A DNA stretch of 43,005 nucleotides from a virus (Duplodnaviria; Caudoviricetes), in the IMG/VR virus record IMGVR_UViG_3300028072_000005, positions 1 through 43,005 of that record; one strand, 5' to 3'. Made by a program: the position numbers and the translations under genes. A model generated the notes under the pieces. It did no database searches. It was not told where the DNA came from and was given only the letters and a program-made list of their open reading frames with translations. This document shows positions 36,718-43,005 of this stretch, piece after piece. Positions within the stretch are counted from its first letter, which is position 1. The number at the start of each line of letters is the position of its first letter.

Positions 36718-37907
36718 TGCGTTGCAACCCTCGAGCTCATCATTTGCAGCATGCCGGATCCGTTTTTAGAGGATGCGCCGCCGATTGTCCAAAGTTGTTG
36801 CATAAATTGTTCTATGTCCTGGCGATCCGATTCCATGCAAACCCGGAAATAAAATTGACAAAGAGCCGTGATCGGGCCCGTCGGCGTTCCGGTAAATTTC
36901 AGATAGAGCCCTTCGAAAGAGTAACCGGGAATCGCCAAGCCTGGCCCCTCGATCGTGTAATCGGTTGTGAGCGCCAGCAAAACGCCGTTTGCCCAAACTT
37001 TAAGCGTATAGACGGTTTGATTTAGATCCGTTACATCCTCGAGGAATTGGCCGCCGAAGTTGCGTTGTATCGGAGCGTAGGAGATCGGCGCAACGGTAAT
37101 ATCCGCGGTTGCTCCGGATCCGGATCCCGAAAAAGTAAAAAGCGTAACGCCGGCCGTCGTGGAATAGCCTGTACCGGGATCGACGATCGCCAAGCCGTCG
37201 GCGCCGGATCCCGATAAGTGAGTAACCTCGAGGATTGCGCCGCTTCCGCCGCCGCCGACTACAAAAAGGCGATCGCCTATAACGTAACCGGTTCCGACGG
37301 CGTTTGGAGCAACCGCGGTAATCCCGCCCGAGGCATCCGTTACGAGCAACAAGGTTTGAGCATCGGAAGGCGTGAATACTCCCTGATCTTCGAAAATGAC
37401 CTCGCCGGAAACCGTATCGCCGCCGCCAGTATTGAACGACGGAACGGAGCTCCCGCCGACGCCGGCTTGAACAACCCTTTGCAGGTGCGGCGTTCCGTTG
37501 TTGTCTACAACATAGGATCCAAGCGGATAGTAAAATTGCTGCGTAGGATAAGTGCTCACTTTGAACGCCGACGGCGTAGCGATCGGGCCGCCAGGTTGCG
37601 AACGCATGCCGATCGTATCGTCGTATAAATCGTCAAAAAGAAACTCCGCAAACTTGCCTTGCAGTTTCATTAAAAACCCTTGTAGATACCGGTAATCGGT
37701 ATGCGGAGAAAGCGCCGAGACTAGATCTTGCGGATTGTCTTTCAAATATTCATAGCTCAAAGTAAAGTGCCATCGCGGATTTTGCGCCTGTACGATTCTA
37801 TTTTGATAGAAATTTGTAGCTTCGCTCTCTTCCGTCGAAAACTCGGCCGACTTCATTACCGGCCAGGTGAGCCCGCGAACCGCCAACGGATAAAGTGAGA
37901 GTGTCAT
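36714..37907 (-). CDS. Distal tail protein (DUF2460-like) with insertions
   Basis: GLTWPV.KS..FST, PRWHFTLSYEYL, L.GF...G....FLF, FYFRV. Confidence 0.75.
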   Translation of the reverse strand: MTLSLYPLAVRGLTWPVMKSAEFSTEESEATNFYQNRIVQAQNPRWHFTLSYEYLKDNPQDLVSALSPHTDYRYLQGFLMKLQGKFAEFLFDDLYDDTIGMRSQPGGPIATPSAFKVSTYPTQQFYYPLGSYVVDNNGTPHLQRVVQAGVGGSSVPSFNTGGGDTVSGEVIFEDQGVFTPSDAQTLLLVTDASGGITAVAPNAVGTGYVIGDRLFVVGGGGSGAILEVTHLSGSGADGLAIVDPGTGYSTTAGVTLFTFSGSGSGATADITVAPISYAPIQRNFGGQFLEDVTDLNQTVYTLKVWANGVLLALTTDYTIEGPGLAIPGYSFEGLYLKFTGTPTGPITALCQFYFRVCMESDRQDIEQFMQQLWTIGGASSKNGSGMLQMMSSRVATQ

Positions 37908-40840
37908 TAGGAGAATAGCCTCGCCGATCCGCTCCGGATCCCGCGATGTACCGCCGCGATGATCTTATCGTCGCTGATTTCGCCGCCGTTGTTGTGAACC
38001 TCTACGCGAATGTGATTGTGCATCGTTTTGTAGGAATCGCCGGCGTTGCCGCTCGAGGATCCGGCCGGCTGTATCCCGCCGCCGTTCTTTACAAGGTTGT
38101 TGAAGTTGTTGATCGACGGAACCGCGCCTTGCAAGGAATTTGTCAACCCTACGGGCAAAACCGCCTCTTGCGGCCGCACAAACGCTACGTGATGCCCTTC
38201 CGGCATAATGCCGCCCTTTTCGAATACGATCCCGCCGGCGAGCGTAGCCGAAGCCGCGGCCGCGGCAACGCCTGGCGCCGTCGCTACGTTGACCGGAAAC
38301 GGCAAGGCTTCCATAACCGAAGCGAAGCCCGCGGCAAAGGATTTGCCGGCGTCTCCCGTAACCTCGACTTTATCCGCGGCGACTTGCGCGGCCGTCGTTG
38401 TAGTTTTGTGCGTTACCTCAATCCCTAGAAGCGTCGCCAAAAATGTAGAGTGATCGGCGATAAATTTCGTAATAAAGCCGAGATGATCCGCGGCCATCTT
38501 GGCAAATTCCTCGCCGTAGTGCACGGTTACGCGCTTGATTCCCTGATCGATCAAATTCAATTCGAGTTGTTGCGCCAGTTGTACCATGCTTTGCCGGAAA
38601 GTTTGTTCATGCGAGATCATCCGGTTTACGCTCGAGACAAACTCATCCGCAACCCGTTCTGTAGCCTGGCGCAATGCGGCTTCGCGCTTCGCCGCCTCTT
38701 CCTTCGTAAAGCGCGTAACTTCCTGCTCTTTTTGCTCTCGGAATTTGGTTTGCTGCGTTGCGAGCTCTTCTATTTTCCGGGTGTATTGCTCTTCGGTAAG
38801 GATATCGGCATCGCGCGCCGCTTTGAAGATCTCCCGTTCTTTCTCGAGAGTTTGGATCCGGTTGCTATATTCCTCGTTGGCAAATAGCTTCGCCGTCGAA
38901 GTGTATTCGGAAAGGCTCAATTTCTTTTCCGTATACAATTCCTGAATAAATGAAATGTTGCTTCTGTACTGGCCTTCCTCGAGGATCAACTCGTCGCTAA
39001 CCGATTTGACCTGATCCTCAACTTCTTTTGCCCGGATAGCCTTAATCTTTTCGGTTTTTTGGAGCTCGATCCGTTCTACCGCATCGGATTGCTCGCTTCG
39101 GATCCGTTTCTCTTCCGTGTTCAGTTCGAGTAATTGCCGATAGATCTCGGGCGACGCTTGCTTTAACGCCTGTATTTGCTTTTCAAACTCGGCCGTGCCC
39201 AAATCGGCCGAAACCTTTAGATCGGGGATCTTTACCGTCGAAGCGAGCAAAGAAGCCCGCTCGCGAAGCTTGGCGATTTGATCATCGTACTGTGCATTTG
39301 TCTCGCGGATTACCGGGATCGCCGTTGCTTCCAGTTCCGCCGGCGTATCCGCCTTTGTAAACGTGCGACGCGCGCGATCTTCCTCGAGTTTGATTTGCGC
39401 CTCGGCGATCGTATGCGCCGAATTGATCTCGGCCGTAGCGTTGGCAAGATCTTGCGTTTCCCTTTCCTTTTGAGCTCGAGCCCGGATATCGGCCAGGCTT
39501 TGTTGAGATTTCAATTCTTCGGCTTCTAATTTCTCTCGAGTCGAAATGATCTCCGGAGTCACATCTCGGCCGGTTGCCGCTTGCTTGGATAGCGTCGCCA
39601 GGCGTTCGGCCGCAAACCGGCGCTCGGCCGCGATCTTTTCCTCAACCGCGGTAATCTCGGCGGCGACTTCCTCATCTAGCGTGATCGTCGAGAGCTCGCG
39701 CTCGCGCTTGGCGCTTGCAAGGCGAAATTCGGTATAGGATTCGGTGAGTTTCTTCCTGGCATCCGTGGCCGCCGCCTCGTCGTGCAAAGCCTCTTCGCGC
39801 GATCGGGCAGTTTCTTCGGCGCCGGCGGTTTTGGATTCTACCGGGCGATTGCGAAGCTTGCTTTCGACGGTATCGACTTCCTCTTGTAGCCGCTTGAGCC
39901 GGCTTTGCGATTCCTCGAGTTGTGAGTTAACGCCGACGAGCCCGGCAAACGGCCCATAGATCCACGTTTTCTTAGTCTCGAGCTCTCGGATCTCATCGCG
40001 CGTTTGCGATAATTCCTTGTTGGCGTTGCCGAGCTCGGCCGCCCATCGTTTCGTAGACTCGTTAGCAAGCTCTTGCTCTTTGCCAAACTTGGCGGATCCT
40101 TCGATCCCGATCGTGCTTACTTTCTCGAGTTTTTCTTGTAGCTCGAGGTTGCGCTCGATCATTTTTTGATTGTAATTAAGCGCCTCTTCATAGGCTTGCT
40201 TTGCGGCTTTGCCAAATCCGCCGATCTCTTCCGACATCTCTCCGATCTTTTCGATCGCCTCGCCGATCATGCCGATAAAGAAAGCGACGATCGAAATCGA
40301 GAAAGCCGCGGCCATCGCGCTTTGTACGAGCGGGATCTTGCCGAGCAAGTTGCCAAAGGCGCCAGGGATCTTGATCCCTACCGTTTCCCCCATGAGATCC
40401 AATTTCTCTCGGGTTTCTTGGCTTTCCATCCGGAGCGCGCGCATTTCGGTGCGGGCCGCCGTCATTTGTTGCGTAGCCTCGGCCAGTTGTTCGCGCAATT
40501 TGGTTAGCTTCGCCTGATCATCGGTTTGCAAGATCTCGGCACGAAGCCGCCCAACTTCGGCCGTTGTCTCGATTACCTTTGCGCGTAGAGCGTCAAAGGC
40601 GAGGATCCCGCCGGCCTTTGTTTTGAGAAAGCCCTCGAGGGTTTCCGCGGTTGCTGATTGAACCTGGCCGACGGTTGCCGAGCTCGCCGCGGCGGCCGAT
40701 TCGAAGGCGGTTTTAACTTGCGCGGCGCCGGCAATGCTCTTTGCGCCCATTTCGTCAAAGGAAGCGATCGCTTGTTTCGTTCCCTCGACGATCGGAGCAA
40801 CGTCAAACTCCGCGCCAATTTTGAGCATGTTATCTGGCAT
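37907..40840 (-). CDS. Tape measure protein
   Basis: 977-aa helical protein after the chaperones; C-terminal FEKGG...EAVLP. Confidence 0.88.
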   Translation of the reverse strand: MPDNMLKIGAEFDVAPIVEGTKQAIASFDEMGAKSIAGAAQVKTAFESAAAASSATVGQVQSATAETLEGFLKTKAGGILAFDALRAKVIETTAEVGRLRAEILQTDDQAKLTKLREQLAEATQQMTAARTEMRALRMESQETREKLDLMGETVGIKIPGAFGNLLGKIPLVQSAMAAAFSISIVAFFIGMIGEAIEKIGEMSEEIGGFGKAAKQAYEEALNYNQKMIERNLELQEKLEKVSTIGIEGSAKFGKEQELANESTKRWAAELGNANKELSQTRDEIRELETKKTWIYGPFAGLVGVNSQLEESQSRLKRLQEEVDTVESKLRNRPVESKTAGAEETARSREEALHDEAAATDARKKLTESYTEFRLASAKRERELSTITLDEEVAAEITAVEEKIAAERRFAAERLATLSKQAATGRDVTPEIISTREKLEAEELKSQQSLADIRARAQKERETQDLANATAEINSAHTIAEAQIKLEEDRARRTFTKADTPAELEATAIPVIRETNAQYDDQIAKLRERASLLASTVKIPDLKVSADLGTAEFEKQIQALKQASPEIYRQLLELNTEEKRIRSEQSDAVERIELQKTEKIKAIRAKEVEDQVKSVSDELILEEGQYRSNISFIQELYTEKKLSLSEYTSTAKLFANEEYSNRIQTLEKEREIFKAARDADILTEEQYTRKIEELATQQTKFREQKEQEVTRFTKEEAAKREAALRQATERVADEFVSSVNRMISHEQTFRQSMVQLAQQLELNLIDQGIKRVTVHYGEEFAKMAADHLGFITKFIADHSTFLATLLGIEVTHKTTTTAAQVAADKVEVTGDAGKSFAAGFASVMEALPFPVNVATAPGVAAAAASATLAGGIVFEKGGIMPEGHHVAFVRPQEAVLPVGLTNSLQGAVPSINNFNNLVKNGGGIQPAGSSSGNAGDSYKTMHNHIRVEVHNNGGEISDDKIIAAVHRGIRSGSARLFS

Positions 40841-41177
40841 TTTGTTTTAGCGCCTTTGCTTGCTCTTTCAACGATTCAAATCTCTCACGGTCGACGGCCG
40901 GCGCGGTCGAAAGTTTTTGCGCGCGTGCGCCTCCGGATAGCATGTTCATTGCCGCGGCGATCTCGATCGGGTTTGTCACAATCTTTTGCGGCTTCGTTCC
41001 CTCAAAGCCTATATAGCCTCTCACTAGAATGTGTACCGGCGGATATTCTCCCCAATATTCGAATAGTTCCATCGCCGCCGAATTGGGCATCCGCTCGATT
41101 TCCGCCAGTGTCCAACCCGTTACAGTCGCGATGCAGCTTCTAAGTTCGGCGTAACTTAGGCTGCCTTCGCTTCCCCC
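40830..41177 (-). CDS. Tail assembly chaperone GT extension (-1 frameshift product)
   Basis: Open -1 frame from the slippery site; TGWT..EI...YW..YPP.H. Confidence 0.7.
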   Translation of the reverse strand, partial: GGSEGSLSYAELRSCIATVTGWTLAEIERMPNSAAMELFEYWGEYPPVHILVRGYIGFEGTKPQKIVTNPIEIAAAMNMLSGGARAQKLSTAPAVDRERFESLKEQAKALKQNAR

Positions 41178-41494
41178 GTTGCGGAAACTCCCGGCAAGCG
41201 CAAACCGGAAATTTCTAAAACGCGCAAATACATTGCGTCGATCGAATTTTTGCCGATCTTGAGTTGAAGTTTTTCCGCCGTCCATTCCGTATTTTCATCG
41301 GCCCGCTTCAACGACTCGGCTACCGTCTGGATTGTGCGCTCGTACCATTCCTCGGCGGTTCCCTCGGCGCCTTTAGCGACGAGTGCTCGGCCACTAGCAA
41401 CGTGCTGTCTGGCGATTCCGAAACTCATTTCGCAAAGACGGAAAACCGTATTGCCGAGCGGGAAATCGACGATCGTAAGCAAAGACGTATCCAT
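41156..41494 (-). CDS. Tail assembly chaperone G
   Basis: Between tail tube and tape measure; GAGG RBS. Confidence 0.75.
   Translation of the reverse strand: MDTSLLTIVDFPLGNTVFRLCEMSFGIARQHVASGRALVAKGAEGTAEEWYERTIQTVAESLKRADENTEWTAEKLQLKIGKNSIDAMYLRVLEISGLRLPGVSATGEAKAA
41171..41177 (-). other. Programmed -1 frameshift slippery site GGGGGAA
   Basis: ACG GGG GAA near the end of the chaperone gene, upstream of the tape measure gene. Confidence 0.7.
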
Positions 41495-41599
41495 ATTGCC
41501 TCTTTTGTTTTTTGAATTTTTCCGGGCCGTGGAGCCCGTCCAACTGGTAGGAAACTAGCGAAGAGTAACCGCGAGGCGGAAAGCTTAAAACAAATCAGA

Positions 41600-41641
41600 C
41601 AAGAAAACAACTCGGCTTGTAGCGCGACCCGTACAAGCCGC
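41600..41641 (-). terminator. Terminator/attenuator after the tail tube gene
   Basis: CGGCTTGTA-loop-TACAAGCCG followed by a U-rich tract on the minus strand. Confidence 0.6.
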
Positions 41642-41667
41642 AAAACGGGGTGTCCTGGGGTGGAAAA

Positions 41668-42438
41668 TTAATCCTCGTAAAAGAGTGCGACTCGGCCTTG
41701 CGAGTCGGCATAGGCTTCGCCCTCGATCGGCGTGATCAGGTAATCCGCGCGCTTGAGCGGCATCCCGGTTTTGGTGACTTTGCAAGCGTACAAATGAACG
41801 TGATTTGGCACGCCGGCGTTTTCCTCTTGATAGGGATTCGAAGCGTAGATCTCGAGTTGCGGGCCGTAGCCTTGCGCGTGATTGTTGACTTGAAGCTTGC
41901 GCCCGGTCGTAACGGTGGAAATGTAAGAGATGTTCACTCCCAAGCCGGCATCGGCCGCGGCGAAAGTGTATACGCCGGTGCTCGGATTGAAAATGTACTG
42001 GCCGGCGGAAGGCGAAATGCCCTGATTGTTTGTTAGTTTCTGGCCGGCGTTCGGGCCGCTGGTATAGATAACGCCTTCGTCTTTGACAAACGTTGCCGCG
42101 TTGGTAGGAGTAACCGTAAACGGCGTCGAGGCGGGAATCGTTGCCGCTTCATTGACGTTAACCTCTTCGCCTCCGGTCGAGATCGCCGACTCGCCATAAA
42201 TGAGGTTGTTGTAGGCGTCAATGTCCATACGGCCGAAGCCGGATTTCCAAGAGATCTTGCGATCCGACGTTGCAACATCGTCGGGAAACTGGAATTGCCC
42301 GCGCAACTCTTTGAGCGTCGCGTCAATGTCGATCGAGAAATCTTGCAACGTGACGAGTTGCTGATTTGTCGGCTTCGTCGGGATATTCCCGAGCGTAGGA
42401 TTCATAAAAACGTTTGCGACTCCGAATACGATTCTCAT
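41668..42438 (-). CDS. Major tail tube protein
   Basis: LQDFSID, KELRGQ.QFP, GQY.....GVYTFAAAD; position upstream of the chaperones. Confidence 0.8.
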   Translation of the reverse strand: MRIVFGVANVFMNPTLGNIPTKPTNQQLVTLQDFSIDIDATLKELRGQFQFPDDVATSDRKISWKSGFGRMDIDAYNNLIYGESAISTGGEEVNVNEAATIPASTPFTVTPTNAATFVKDEGVIYTSGPNAGQKLTNNQGISPSAGQYIFNPSTGVYTFAAADAGLGVNISYISTVTTGRKLQVNNHAQGYGPQLEIYASNPYQEENAGVPNHVHLYACKVTKTGMPLKRADYLITPIEGEAYADSQGRVALFYED

Positions 42439-42455
42439 TTTTTGCCCTCTCTAGC

Positions 42456-42947
42456 CTAAACTCCGAGATCAACAACGATCGGGATCAGCAACGCGCATTG
42501 TTTGTCTATGTTCCCATTGTCCCGCAAAATATCGCCTTCGATCGAAGCATCGTCGACGAGCCCGCCGAGCCGTTGCCGTTCAAAAGTCGCGCTGCTTCGC
42601 ATAGCAAAGACAATAGCTTTGAGCGCGTAATTGATTTGCTGTGACGGGATAGCGTCGGAAGTTGCATCGGCTCGAATGTATACGACAACGCGAAAGTGCA
42701 ACAACCATTTTTCTAGCCCTTGTGCCTGACTTTCAACCTGTGAAGCGCCCAAGCTGATTAGCCCTAAAAGCGGTTGATTTGCCGCCGGCACGTTTTGAGG
42801 CAAAGACGGATTGCGCGTCGCCGTAACGAAGGGATAGAGGATCGGATCGCCTGGATTTATCGGAAGCGGGCCGATCGCGGTTTGCAGCAAAGCGAATAAC
42901 GCCGCCTCGATACGTTCGGGATCGAATTTCGGGAAATTTACGCTCAT
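42456..42947 (-). CDS. Tail terminator/completion protein
   Basis: E.ALF.LL, QP.L, LGGLVD...IEG; upstream of the tail tube. Confidence 0.72.
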   Translation of the reverse strand: MSVNFPKFDPERIEAALFALLQTAIGPLPINPGDPILYPFVTATRNPSLPQNVPAANQPLLGLISLGASQVESQAQGLEKWLLHFRVVVYIRADATSDAIPSQQINYALKAIVFAMRSSATFERQRLGGLVDDASIEGDILRDNGNIDKQCALLIPIVVDLGV

Positions 42948-43005
42948 TGCAGCAACCCGTTAAACTCGGCCGTGAGCTCGGAAATGATTTGCGCTTCCAT
43001 ATCTT
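42879..43005. repeat. 127-bp terminal direct repeat (copy 2)
   Basis: Identical to 1-127. Confidence 0.95.

Noticed and set aside
42879-43005. Terminal repeat as a biological DTR or att site
   Set aside because: It is exactly 127 nt and falls mid-gene, which is typical of an assembler overlap.

Overview
The window is an apparently complete, circular tailed-phage genome of about 42.9 kb. Positions 1-127 are repeated exactly at 42879-43005, which looks like an assembly overlap. Almost all genes are on the minus strand. In transcription order: an Arc/RHH repressor, small membrane and Zn-finger genes, a recombination module, a truncated HerA-like ATPase, a DUF1376 replication initiator, RusA, three glycosyltransferases plus an FkbM methyltransferase, the terminase, a portal-MuF fusion, protease/scaffold, major capsid, signal-peptide beta-proteins, connectors, tail tube, a frameshifted tail chaperone, tape measure, a GTA-like tail tip, fibres, lysis genes, a secreted CBM/Ig/FN3 protein and a LuxR-type HTH. 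A short plus-strand operon of unknown genes diverges from a palindromic double promoter at about 22.5 kb. I see no integrase, CI-type repressor, polymerase or tRNA. The most striking observation is a 63-aa gene (13704-13895) that fuses a twin-arginine-like signal to a copy of the major capsid protein C-terminal motif, with 24/25 nt identity to the capsid gene. It sits inside the glycosylation cluster. Product calls come from motif recognition and synteny, not database searches. An Acidobacteriota host is only a guess.
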